Below, piece after piece: positions 1 through 10,540 of a stretch of 64,000 nt of DNA; positions within the stretch are counted from its first letter, which is position 1, and each line of letters opens with the position of its first letter. A program made the translations under genes and the position numbers. Below the pieces are notes generated by a model, which worked only from the letters and a program-made list of their open reading frames with translations, was not told the origin of the DNA and searched no databases. This DNA comes from Eledone cirrhosa (Eukaryota), in NCBI GenBank assembly GCA_964016885.1, contig OZ024743.1:92876001-92940000 (forward strand), given 5' to 3'.

Positions 1-80
1 CGATCACCGAAGTTAAGCAACGTCGAGCCTAGTTAGTACTTGGATGGGTGACCGCCTGGGAACCCTAGGTGCCGTAAGCG
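1..80 (+). rRNA. 5S rRNA gene, partial (nt 40-119; cut by window edge)
   Basis: CGATCACCGAAGTTAAGC...GGATGGGTGACCGCCTGGGAA...GCCGTAAGCG followed by poly(T). Confidence 0.95.
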
Positions 81-149
81 TTTAATTTTTTTTTTTTTTT
101 TTTTTTTTTCATTAATATCTTTACAGAGCTATTTATTTTTTTTTAGTTC

Positions 150-186
150 GGTGACCGCTTAGGAAACCGAGCTGCTGTATACATTT
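150..186 (+). pseudogene. Degenerate 5S 3'-end fragment in the spacer (representative; present in every unit)
   Basis: GGTGACCGCTTAGGAAACCGAGCTGCTGTATACATTT aligns without gaps to gene nt 86-122 at 28/37 identities (counted by hand). Confidence 0.75.
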
Positions 187-792
187 CCATTTTTCTTTGT
201 TTTAGTTTCTTTCTTTTGCAAGCTTCTCTCGCCAATGTCTTAGTTTCAAAATAATTAGGCACGCAAACTTTTTCCTTTCTTTCAACCCTACCCTTCGCAT
301 ACACACCACTGCAAACGTCTTAAAAGCTACCGACTGCAAAAACAGAGTTTCTTGATAATTTCAGATATTTCAAACTTTTATTCCGTTCGCCTTCCGAAGT
401 AGTGAGCCTGCTATATACTCTAGAAAATATTTATTGAACAGAGATTTGGCTGCTTTTTCTAGCAGGTAAAATTAGCACATTTCTTTAGAGCCGTTCGAAT
501 CGAACATTATCCACATCTGTAATAATTAATTCGGAATGGGTATCGTAGCTAGTTATTTGGCCAAGTTATATAAACAAAAAGACAACATAAGTTTTAAAGA
601 CAGCAATATCGACATCTTTGCGACACTCTCGTAGTTAATAACGTGTGTTAATTTAAATGTTAGATGAGATTTATGTAAAATTTTATTAAGCAACCTAAAT
701 TGCTTGAAAATACTGTGTTATACGGTTGAAAGTAAGAAAAATGTTTAATTAAAATATAAAAATTATCGTAAAAGAAAGGTGTTTAGTGAGTT

Positions 793-832
793 GTTTTATA
801 CAATAAAACTATTAAATTCAGCATAAGCTTTC
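793..832 (+). promoter_or_regulatory. AT-rich/TATA-like upstream element of the 5S gene (representative)
   Basis: TATA at -36..-33, TATTAAA at -23..-17, C at -1; contains the inverted repeat GTTTTAT-aca-ATAAAAC; function inferred from other 5S genes. Confidence 0.45.
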
Positions 833-951
833 GTTTACGGCCATATCACGCTGACAACACCGGTTCTCGTCCGATCACCGAAGTTAAGTAACGTCGAGCC
901 TAGTTAGTACTTGGATGGGTGACCGCTTGGGAACCCTAGGTGCCGTAAGCG
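833..951 (+). rRNA. 5S rRNA gene copy 1 (C57T, C95T)
   Basis: Helix I GTTTACGGC/GCCGTAAGC, helix III ACCGGT/ACCG, loop E AGTA/GAA, C box TGGATGGGTGACCGC, poly(T) downstream; 3' end uncertain by 1-2 nt. Confidence 0.97.
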
Positions 952-956
952 TTTAA

Positions 957-979
957 TTTTTTTTTTTTTTTTTTTTTTT
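957..979 (+). terminator. RNA polymerase III poly(T) terminator (representative; T13-T28 across units)
   Basis: T23 starting 6 nt after the gene end. Confidence 0.9.
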
Positions 980-1710
980 CATTAATATCTTTACAGAGCT
1001 ATTTATTTTTTTTAGTTCGGTGACCGCTTAGGAAACCGAGCTGCTGTATACATTTCCATTTTTCTTTCTTTTAGTTTCTTTCTTTTGCAAGCTTCTCTCG
1101 CCAATGTATTTTAGTTTCAAAATAATTAGGCACGCAAACTTTTTCCTTTCTTTCAACCCTACCCTTCGCATACACACCACTGCAAACGTCTTAAAAGCTA
1201 CCGACTACAAAATCAGAGTTTCTTGATAATTTCAGATATTTCAAACTTTTATTCCGTTCGCCTTCCGAAGTAGTGAGCCTGCTATATACTCTAGAAAATA
1301 TCTATTGAACAGAGATTTGGCTGCTTTTTCTAGCAGGTAAAATTAGCACATTTATTTAGAGCCATTCGAATCGAACATTATCCACATCTGTAATAATTAA
1401 TTCGGAATGGGTATCGTAGCTAGTTATTTGGCCAAGTTATATAAACAAAAAGACAACATAAGTTTTAAAGACAGCGATATCGACAGCTATGCGACACTCT
1501 CGTAGTTAATAACGTGTGTTAATTTAAAAGTTAGATGAGATTTATGTAAAATTTTATTAAGCAACCTAAATTGCTTGAAAATACTGTGTTATACGGTTGA
1601 AAGTAAGAAAAATGTTTAATAGAAAATTAAAATATAAAAATTATCGTAAAAGAAAGGTGTTTAGTGAGTTGTTTTATACAATAAAACTATTAAATTCAGC
1701 ATAAGCTTTC

Positions 1711-1829
1711 GTTTACGGCCATATCACGCTGACAACACCGGTTCTCGTCCGATCACCGAAGTTAAGCAACGTCAAGCCTAGTTAGTACTTGGATGGGCGA
1801 CCGCCTGGGAACCCTAGGTGCCGTAAGCG
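1711..1829 (+). rRNA. 5S rRNA gene copy 2 (G64A, T88C)
   Basis: Full-length array copy. Confidence 0.95.
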
Positions 1830-2578
1830 TTTAATTTTTTTTTTTTTTCATTAATATCTTTACAGAGCTATTTATTTTTTTTAGTTCGGTGACCGCTTAG
1901 GAAACCGAGCTGCTCTATACATTTCCATTTTTCTTCTTTTAGTTTCTTTCTTTTGCAAGCTTCTCTCGCCAATGTCTGTTAGTTTCAAAATAATTAGGCA
2001 CGCAAACTTTTTACTTTCTTTCAACCCTACCCTTCGCATACACACCACTGTAAACGTCTTAAAAGCTACCGACTGCAAAAACAGAGTTTCTTGATAATTT
2101 CAGATATTTCAAACTTTTATTCCGTTCGCCTTCCGAAGTAGTGAGCCTGCTATATACTCTAGAAAATATTTATTGAACAGAGATTTGGCTGCTTTTTCTA
2201 GCAGGTAAAATTAGCACATTTCTTTAGAGCCGTTCAAATCGAACATTATCCACATCTGTAATAATTAATTCGGAATGGGTATCGTAGCTAGTTATTTGGC
2301 CAAGTTATATAAACAAAAAGACAACATAAGTTTTAAAGACAGCAATATCGACAGCTATGCGACACTCTCGTAGTTAATAACGTGTGTTAATTTAAAAGTT
2401 AGATGAGATTTATGTAAAATTTTATTAAGCAACCTAAATTGCTTGAAAATACTGTGTTATACGGTTGAAAGTAAGAAAAATGTTTAATAGAAAATTAAAA
2501 TATAAAAATTATCGTAAAAGAAAGGTGTTTAGTGAGTTGTTTTATACAATAAAACTATTAAATTCAGCATAAGCTTTC

Positions 2579-2697
2579 GTTTACGGCCATATCACCCTGA
2601 CAACACCGGTTCTCGTCCGATCACCGAAGTTAAGCAACGTCGAGCCTAGTTAGTACTTGGATGGGTGACCGCCTGGGAACCCTAGGTGCCGTAAGCG
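2579..2697 (+). rRNA. 5S rRNA gene copy 3 (G18C)
   Basis: Full-length array copy. Confidence 0.95.
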
Positions 2698-3449
2698 TTT
2701 AATTTTTTTTTTTTTTTTTTTTTTTTCATTAATATCTTTACAGAGCTATTTATTTTTTTTTAGTTCGGTGACCGCTTAGGAAACCGAGCTGCTGTATACA
2801 TTTCCATTTTTCTTTGTTTTAGTTTCTTTCTTTTGCAAGCTTCTCTCGCCAATGTCTTAGTTTCAAAATAATTAGGCACGCAAACTTTTTCCTTTCTTTC
2901 AACCCTACCCTTCGCATACACACCACTGCAAACGTCTTAAAAGCTACCGACTGCAAAAACAGAGTTTCTTGATAATTTCAGATATTTCAAACTTTTATTC
3001 CGTTCGCCTTCCGAAGTAGTGAGCCTGCTATATACTCTAGAAAATATTTATTGAACAGAGATTTGGCTGCTTTTTCTAGCAGGTAAAATTAGCACATTTC
3101 TTTAGAGCCGTTCGAATCGAACATTATCCACATCTGTAATAATTAATTCGGAATGGGTATCGTAGCTAGTTATTTGGCCAAGTTATATAAACAAAAAGAC
3201 AACATAAGTTTTAAAGACAGCAATATCGACATCTTTGCGACACTCTCGTAGTTAATAACGTGTGTTAATTTAAATGTTAGATGAGATTTATGTAAAATTT
3301 TATTAAGCAACCTAAATTGCTTGAAAATACTGTGTTATACGGTTGAAAGTAAGAAAAATGTTTAATTAAAATATAAAAATTATCGTAAAAGAAAGGTGTT
3401 TAGTGAGTTGTTTTATACAATAAAACTATTAAATTCAGCATAAGCTTTC

Positions 3450-3568
3450 GTTTACGGCCATATCACGCTGACAACACCGGTTCTCGTCCGATCACCGAAG
3501 TTAAGTAACGTCGAGCCTAGTTAGTACTTGGATGGGTGACCGCTTGGGAACCCTAGGTGCCGTAAGCG
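3450..3568 (+). rRNA. 5S rRNA gene copy 4 (C57T, C95T)
   Basis: Full-length array copy. Confidence 0.95.
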
Positions 3569-4319
3569 TTTAATTTTTTTTTTTTTTTTTTTTTTTCATT
3601 AATATCTTTACAGAGCTATTTATTTTTTTTAGTTCGGTGACCGCTTAGGAAACCGAGCTGCTGTATACATTTCCATTTTTCTTCTTTTAGTTTCTTTCTT
3701 TTGCAAGCTTCTCTCGCCAATGTCTGTTAGTTTCAAAATAATTAGGCGCGCAAACTTTTTCCTTTCTTTCAACCCTACCCTTCGCATACACACCACTGCA
3801 AACGTCTTAAAAGCTACCGACTGCAAAAACAGAGTTTCTTGATAATTTCAGATATTTCAAACTTTTATTCCGTTCGCCTTCCGAAGTAGTGAGCCTGCTA
3901 TATACTCTAGAAAATATTTATTGAACAGAGATTTGGCTGCTTTTTCTAGCAGGTAAAATTAGCACATTTCTTTAGAGCCATTCGAATCGAACATTATCCA
4001 CATCTGTAATAATTAATTCGGAATGGGTATCGTAGCTTGTTATTTGGCCAAGTTATATAAACAAAAAGACAACATAAGTTTTAAAGACAGCGATATCGAC
4101 AGCTATGCGACACTCTCGTAGTTAATAACGTGTGTTAATTTAAAAGTTAGATGAGATTTATGTAAAATTTTATTAAGCAACCTAAATTGCTTGAAAATAC
4201 TGTGTTATACGGTTGAAAGTAAGAAAAATGTTTAATTAAAATATAAAAATTATCGTAAAAGAAAGGTGTTTAGTGAGTTGTTTTATACAATAAAACTATT
4301 AAATTCAGCATAAGCTTTC

Positions 4320-4438
4320 GTTTACGGCCATATCACGCTGACAACACCGGTTCTCGTCCGATCACCGAAGTTAAGTAACGTCGAGCCTAGTTAGTACTTG
4401 GATGGGTGACCGCTTGGGAACCCTAGGTGCCGTAAGCG
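4320..4438 (+). rRNA. 5S rRNA gene copy 5 (C57T, C95T)
   Basis: Full-length array copy. Confidence 0.95.
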
Positions 4439-5196
4439 TTTAATTTTTTTTTTTTTTTTTTTTTTCATTAATATCTTTACAGAGCTATTTATTTTTTTTA
4501 GTTCGGTGACCGCTTAGGAAACCGAGCTGCTGTATACATTTCCATTTTTCTTTCTTTTAGTTTCTTTCTTTTGCAAGCTTCTCTCGCCAATGTATTTTAG
4601 TTTCAAAATAATTAGGCACGCAAACTTTTTCCTTTCTTTCAACCCTACCCTTCGCATACACACCACTGCAAACGTCTTAAAAGCTACCGACTACAAAATC
4701 AGAGTTTCTTGATAATTTCAGATATTTCAAACTTTTATTCCGTTCGCCTTCCGAAGTAGTGAGCCTGCTATATACTCTAGAAAATATTTATTGAACAGAG
4801 ATTTGGCTGCTTTTTCTAGCAGGTAAAATTAGCACATTTATTTAGAGCCATTCGAATCGAACATTATCCACATCTGTAATAATTAATTCGGAATGGGTAT
4901 CGTAGCTAGTTATTTGGCCAAGTTATATAAACAAAAAGACAACATAAGTTTTAAAGACAGCGATATCGACAGCTATGCGACACTCTCGTAGTTAATAACG
5001 TGTGTTAATTTAAAAGTTAGATGAGATTTATGTAAAATTTTATTAAGCAACCTAAATTGCTTGAAAATACTGTGTTATACGGTTGAAAGTAAGAAAAATG
5101 TTTAATAGAAAATTAAAATATAAAAATTATCGTAAAAGAAAGGTGTTTAGTGAGTTGTTTTATACAATAAAACTATTAAATTCAGCATAAGCTTTC

Positions 5197-5315
5197 GTTT
5201 ACGGCCATATCACGCTGACAACACCGGTTCTCGTCCGATCACCGAAGTTAAGCAACGTCAAGCCTAGTTAGTACTTGGATGGGCGACCGCCTGGGAACCC
5301 TAGGTGCCGTAAGCG
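5197..5315 (+). rRNA. 5S rRNA gene copy 6 (G64A, T88C)
   Basis: Full-length array copy. Confidence 0.95.
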
Positions 5316-6065
5316 TTTAATTTTTTTTTTTTTTTCATTAATATCTTTACAGAGCTATTTATTTTTTTTAGTTCGGTGACCGCTTAGGAAACCGAGCTGC
5401 TCTATACATTTCCATTTTTCTTCTTTTAGTTTCTTTCTTTTGCAAGCTTCTCTCGCCAATGTCTGTTAGTTTCAAAATAATTAGGCACGCAAACTTTTTA
5501 CTTTCTTTCAACCCTACCCTTCGCATACACACCACTGTAAACGTCTTAAAAGCTACCGACTGCAAAAACAGAGTTTCTTGATAATTTCAGATATTTCAAA
5601 CTTTTATTCCGTTCGCCTTCCGAAGTAGTGAGCCTGCTATATACTCTAGAAAATATTTATTGAAGAGAGATTTGGCTGCTTTTTCTAGCAGGTAAAATTA
5701 GCACATTTCTTTAGAGCCGTTCGAATCGAACATTATCCACATCTGTAATAATTAATTCGGAATGGGTATCGTAGCTAGATATTTGGCCAAGTTATATAAA
5801 CAAAAAGACAACATAAGTTTTAAAGACAGCGATATCGACAGCTATGCGACACTCTCGTAGTTAATAACGTGTGTTAATTTAAAAGTTAGATGAGATTTAT
5901 GTAAAATTTTATTAAGCAACCTAAATTGCTTGAAAATACTGTGTTATACGGTTGAAAGTAAGAAAAATGTTTAATAGAAAATTAAAATATAAAAATTATC
6001 GTAAAAGAAAGGTGTTTAGTGAGTTGTTTTATACAATAAAACTATTAAATTCAGCATAAGCTTTC

Positions 6066-6184
6066 GTTTACGGCCATATCACGCTGACAACACCGGTTCT
6101 CGTCCGATCACCGAAGTTAAGTAACGTCGAGCCTAGTTAGTACTTGGATGGGTGACCGCTTGGGAACCCTAGGTGCCGTAAGCG
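6066..6184 (+). rRNA. 5S rRNA gene copy 7 (C57T, C95T)
   Basis: Full-length array copy. Confidence 0.95.
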
Positions 6185-6936
6185 TTTAATTTTTTTTTTT
6201 TTTTTTTTTTTTCATTAATATCTTTACAGAGCTATTTATTTTTTTTAGTTCGGTGACCGCTTAGGAAACCGAGCTGCTGTATACATTTCCATTTTTCTTC
6301 TTTTAGTTACTTTCTTTTGCAAGCTTCTCTCGCCAATGTCTGTTAGTTTAAAAAAAAAAAAGGCGCGCAAACTTTTTCCTTTCTTTCAACCCTACCCTTC
6401 GCATACACACCACTGCAAACGTCTTAAAAGCTACCGACTGCAAAAACAGAGTTTCTTGATAATTTCAGATATTTCAAACTTTTATTCCGTTCGCCTTCCG
6501 AAGTAGTGAGCCTGCTATATACTCTAGAAAATATTTATTGAACAGAGATTTGGCTGCTTTTTCTAGCAGGTAAAATTAGCACATTTCTTTAGAGCCATTC
6601 GAATCGAACATTATCCACATCTGTAATAATTAATTCGGAATGGGTATCGTAGCTTGTTATTTGGCCAAGTTATATAAACAAAAAGACAACATAAGTTTTA
6701 AAGACAGCGATATCGACAGCTATGCGACACTCTCGTAGTTAATAACGTGTGTTAATTTAAAAGTTAGATGAGATTTATGTAAAATTTTATTAAGCAACCT
6801 AAATTGCTTGAAAATACTGTGTTATACGGTTGAAAGTAAGAAAAATGTTTAATTAAAATATAAAAATTATCGTAAAAGAAAGGTGTTTAGTGAGTTGTTT
6901 TATACAATAAAACTATTAAATTCAGCATAAGCTTTC

Positions 6937-7055
6937 GTTTACGGCCATATCACGCTGACAACACCGGTTCTCGTCCGATCACCGAAGTTAAGTAACGTCG
7001 AGCCTAGTTAGTACTTGGATGGGTGACCGCCTGGGAACCCTAGGTGCCGTAAGCG
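6937..7055 (+). rRNA. 5S rRNA gene copy 8 (C57T)
   Basis: Full-length array copy. Confidence 0.95.
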
Positions 7056-7804
7056 TTTAATTTTTTTTTTTTTTTTTTTTTCATTAATATCTTTACAGAG
7101 CTATTTATTTTTTTAGTTCGGTGACCGCTTAGGAAACCGAGCTGCTCTATACATTTCCATTTATCTTTCTTTTAGTTTCTTTCTTTTGCAAGCTTCTCTC
7201 GCCAATGTCTGTTAGTTTCAGAATAATTAGGCACGCAAACTTTTTCCTTTCTTTCAACCCTACCCTTCGCATACACACCACTGCAAACGTCTTAAAAGCT
7301 ACCGACTGCAAAAACAGAGTTTCTTGATAATTTCAGATATTTCAAACTTTTATTCCGTTCGCCTTCCGAAGTAGTGAGCCTGCTATATACTCTAGAAAAT
7401 ATTTATTGAACAGAGATTTGGCTGCTTTTTCTAGCAGGTAAAATTAGCACATTTCTTTAGAGCCGTTCGAATCGAACATTATCCACATCTGTAATAATTA
7501 ATTCGGAATGGGTATCGTAGCTAGTTATTTGGCCAAGTTATATAAACAAAAAGACAACATAAGTTTTAAAGACAGCAATATCGACATCTTTGCGACACTC
7601 TCGTAGTTAATAACGTGTGTTAATTTAAATGTTAGATGAGATTTATGTAAAATTTTATTAAGCAACCTAAATTGCTTGAAAATACTGTGTTATACGGTTG
7701 AAAGTAAGAAAAATGTTTAATTAAAATATAAAAATTATCGTAAAAGAAAGGTGTTTAGTGAGTTGTTTTATACAATAAAACTATTAAATTCAGCATAAGC
7801 TTTC

Positions 7805-7923
7805 GTTTACGGCCATATCACGCTGACAACACCGGTTCTCGTCCGATCACCGAAGTTAAGTAACGTCGAGCCTAGTTAGTACTTGGATGGGTGACCGCTT
7901 GGGAACCCTAGGTGCCGTAAGCG
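7805..7923 (+). rRNA. 5S rRNA gene copy 9 (C57T, C95T)
   Basis: Full-length array copy. Confidence 0.95.
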
Positions 7924-8674
7924 TTTAATTTTTTTTTTTTTTTTTTTTTTTCATTAATATCTTTACAGAGCTATTTATTTTTTTTAGTTCGGTGACCGCT
8001 TAGGAAACCGAGCTGCTGTATACATTTCCATTTTTCTTCTTTTAGTTTCTTTCTTTTGCAAGCTTCTCTCGCCAATGTCTGTTAGTTTCAAAATAATTAG
8101 GCGCGCAAACTTTTTCCTTTCTTTCAACCCTACCCTTCGCATACACACCACTGCAAACGTCTTAAAAGCTACCGACTGCAAAAACAGAGTTTCTTGATAA
8201 TTTCAGATATTTCAAACTTTTATTCCGTTCGCCTTCCGAAGTAGTGAGCCTGCTATATACTCTAGAAAATATTTATTGAACAGAGATTTGGCTGCTTTTT
8301 CTAGCAGGTAAAATTAGCACATTTCTTTAGAGCCATTCGAATCGAACATTATCCACATCTGTAATAATTAATTCGGAATGGGTATCGTAGCTTGTTATTT
8401 GGCCAAGTTATATAAACAAAAAGACAACATAAGTTTTAAAGACAGCGATATCGACAGCTATGCGACACTCTCGTAGTTAATAACGTGTGTTAATTTAAAA
8501 GTTAGATGAGATTTATGTAAAATTTTATTAAGCAACCTAAATTGCTTGAAAATACTGTGTTATACGGTTGAAAGTAAGAAAAATGTTTAATTAAAATATA
8601 AAAATTATCGTAAAAGAAAGGTGTTTAGTGAGTTGTTTTATACAATAAAACTATTAAATTCAGCATAAGCTTTC

Positions 8675-8793
8675 GTTTACGGCCATATCACGCTGACAAC
8701 ACCGGTTCTCGTCCGATCACCGAAGTTAAGTAACGTCGAGCCTAGTTAGTACTTGGATGGGTGACCGCTTGGGAACCCTAGGTGCCGTAAGCG
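8675..8793 (+). rRNA. 5S rRNA gene copy 10 (C57T, C95T)
   Basis: Full-length array copy. Confidence 0.95.
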
Positions 8794-9552
8794 TTTAATT
8801 TTTTTTTTTTTTTTTTTTTTTCATTAATATCTTTACAGAGCTATTTATTTTTTTTAGTTCGGTGACCGCTTAGGAAACCGAGCTGCTGTATACATTTCCA
8901 TTTTTCTTTCTTTTAGTTTCTTTCTTTTGCAAGCTTCTCTCGCCAATGTATTTTAGTTTCAAAATAATTAGGCACGCAAACTTTTTCCTTTCTTTCAACC
9001 CTACCCTTCGCATACACACCACTGCAAACGTCTTAAAAGCTACCGACTACAAAATCAGAGTTTCTTGATAATTTCAGATATTTCAAACTTTTATTCCGTT
9101 CGCCTTCCGAAGTAGTGAGCCTGCTATATACTCTAGAAAATATTTATTGAACAGAGATTTGGCTGCTTTTTCTAGCAGGTAAAATTAGCACATTTATTTA
9201 GAGCCATTCGAATCGAACATTATCCACATCTGTAATAATTAATTCGGAATGGGTATCGTAGCTAGTTATTTGGCCAAGTTATATAAACAAAAAGACAACA
9301 TAAGTTTTAAAGACAGCGATATCGACAGCTATGCGACACTCTCGTAGTTAATAACGTGTGTTAATTTAAAAGTTAGATGAGATTTATGTAAAATTTTATT
9401 AAGCAACCTAAATTGCTTGAAAATACTGTGTTATACGGTTGAAAGTAAGAAAAATGTTTAATAGAAAATTAAAATATAAAAATTATCGTAAAAGAAAGGT
9501 GTTTAGTGAGTTGTTTTATACAATAAAACTATTAAATTCAGCATAAGCTTTC

Positions 9553-9671
9553 GTTTACGGCCATATCACGCTGACAACACCGGTTCTCGTCCGATCACCG
9601 AAGTTAAGCAACGTCAAGCCTAGTTAGTACTTGGATGGGCGACCGCCTGGGAACCCTAGGTGCCGTAAGCG
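9553..9671 (+). rRNA. 5S rRNA gene copy 11 (G64A, T88C)
   Basis: Full-length array copy. Confidence 0.95.
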
Positions 9672-10421
9672 TTTAATTTTTTTTTTTTTTTCATTAATAT
9701 CTTTACAGAGCTATTTATTTTTTTTAGTTCGGTGACCGCTTAGGAAACCGAGCTGCTCTATACATTTCCATTTTTCTTCTTTTAGTTTCTTTCTTTTGCA
9801 AGCTTCTCTCGCCAATGTCTGTTAGTTTCAAAATAATTAGGCACGCAAACTTTTTACTTTCTTTCAACCCTACCCTTCGCATACACACCACTGTAAACGT
9901 CTTAAAAGCTACCGACTGCAAAAACAGAGTTTCTTGATAATTTCAGATATTTCAAACTTTTATTCCGTTCGCCTTCCGAAGTAGTGAGCCTGCTATATAC
10001 TCTAGAAAATATTTATTGAAGAGAGATTTGGCTGCTTTTTCTAGCAGGTAAAATTAGCACATTTCTTTAGAGCCGTTCGAATCGAACATTATCCACATCT
10101 GTAATAATTAATTCGGAATGGGTATCGTAGCTAGATATTTGGCCAAGTTATATAAACAAAAAGACAACATAAGTTTTAAAGACAGCGATATCGACAGCTA
10201 TGCGACACTCTCGTAGTTAATAACGTGTGTTAATTTAAAAGTTAGATGAGATTTATGTAAAATTTTATTAAGCAACCTAAATTGCTTGAAAATACTGTGT
10301 TATACGGTTGAAAGTAAGAAAAATGTTTAATAGAAAATTAAAATATAAAAATTATCGTAAAAGAAAGGTGTTTAGTGAGTTGTTTTATACAATAAAACTA
10401 TTAAATTCAGCATAAGCTTTC

Positions 10422-10540
10422 GTTTACGGCCATATCACGCTGACAACACCGGTTCTCGTCCGATCACCGAAGTTAAGCAACGTCGAGCCTAGTTAGTACT
10501 TGGATGGGTGACCGCCTGGGAACCCTAGGTGCCGTAAGCG
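10422..10540 (+). rRNA. 5S rRNA gene copy 12 (array consensus)
   Basis: Full-length consensus copy. Confidence 0.97.
10471..10518 (+). promoter_or_regulatory. Pol III type-1 internal control region: A box (nt 50-64), intermediate element, C box (nt 80-97); representative
   Basis: AGTTAAGCAACGTCG and TGGATGGGTGACCGCCTG at the canonical positions of the TFIIIA/TFIIIC-bound ICR. Confidence 0.9.

Noticed and set aside
340-472. U1 snRNA on the minus strand (ATTTTACCTG resembles ATACTTACCTG)
   Set aside because: No U1-70K loop (GATCACGAAG), no U1A loop (ATTGCAC) and no proper Sm site follow; a 7-nt match is expected by chance.
538-620. tRNA gene starting GGTATCGTAGCTAGTT
   Set aside because: It resembles a tRNA 5' end, but there is no anticodon arm, T arm or complementary acceptor strand downstream.
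80-832. Known spliced-leader exons (nematode SL1, Hydra, Oikopleura, flatworm, dinoflagellate) or a hammerhead ribozyme in the spacer
   Set aside because: I saw no match to leaders I can recall and no CTGANGA...GAAA core on either strand; only the loose architecture reported as a speculative finding.
833-951. Specific taxonomic assignment
   Set aside because: The gene resembles invertebrate (mollusc/annelid/cnidarian-like) 5S from memory, but 119 nt without a database search cannot fix the taxon.
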